Below, in pieces: positions 63,630 to 64,000 of a DNA stretch of 64,000 nt (the stretch's first letter is position 1; every line of letters starts with the position of its first letter). A program made the position numbers and the translations under genes. Source of the DNA: Methanotrichaceae archaeon. Its GTDB lineage: Archaea; Halobacteriota; Methanosarcinia; Methanotrichales; Methanotrichaceae. The notes beneath the pieces are model-generated. The model did no database searches and was not told the origin of the DNA. It saw only the letters and a list, made by a program, of their open reading frames with translations. The stretch spans positions 96,001 through 160,000 of the forward strand of contig CAVVKN010000023.1 of NCBI GenBank assembly GCA_963748825.1, given 5' to 3'.

Positions 63630-63917
63630 CCGAGGAATTCTTGTTGGCAGGAGAAGGTGGGATGCGCGGCCGGGAAGGAGTAAAGCTCTTTGGCGGGCGG
63701 CTACTTCACGGCGAGCCTGGCCGGGCAGGGCCGACTGGCTGCCATGATATCATTGCGCGAAATCCCTAAAGCCTACTTGGACCACCTGGGGCTGTGGGTG
63801 GTGCGAGAAGTGGCAAGAGCGGCCATGCGCTCGCCTCCAGCGCGCTACGCAACCTGGCAGAACCGATGCTGAGATGGAAAAGAGGATCAAGACGCCACAG
63901 GGCTATGGCGCAAGGAG
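63630..63917 (+). pseudogene. Degenerate duplicate of the nre 3' region
   Basis: [36 protein letters not shown] and GAGATGGAAAAGAGGATCAAGACGCC match 62716-63028, with indels. Confidence 0.85.
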
Positions 63918-64000
63918 AATTTTATCCTTATCCATTACAACTATAAAATGCCAGCACTGCTTGTTCGCCCAGGAGGGAGCGGCCCTAGCTGCGTCTAAAC

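Overview
Archaeal chromosomal segment, most consistent with an acetoclastic methanogen of the Methanothrix (Methanosaeta) type. Supporting genes: methanogenesis marker 8, class I LysRS, Ahb heme genes, SmAP-rpl37e-purF, Nre with PIP box, and many secreted N-sequon-rich proteins. Most of the window is housekeeping (ftsZ, argS, pyrC, purF, asd, lysS, pyrE, glyS, adk, pyrH, hisI, tRNA-Gln), interleaved with secreted, stress and ion-transport accessory genes. Several essential genes carry single-base frameshifts, almost all +1 insertions, which points to long-read assembly error. Best leads: (1) a translationally coupled operon of a wHTH regulator, a full-length but catalytically degenerate ATP-dependent DNA ligase and an SPL-like radical SAM enzyme; (2) a collagen + 29-aa coiled-coil surface-fibre gene interrupted by a 121-bp MITE with a TAA target duplication; (3) an unannotated 76-aa ORF ending in a canonical PCNA PIP box; (4) a secreted peptide with about one-third aromatic residues, lying between nre and a decayed copy of the nre 3' end. 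All product calls come from motif recognition; no database searches were run.
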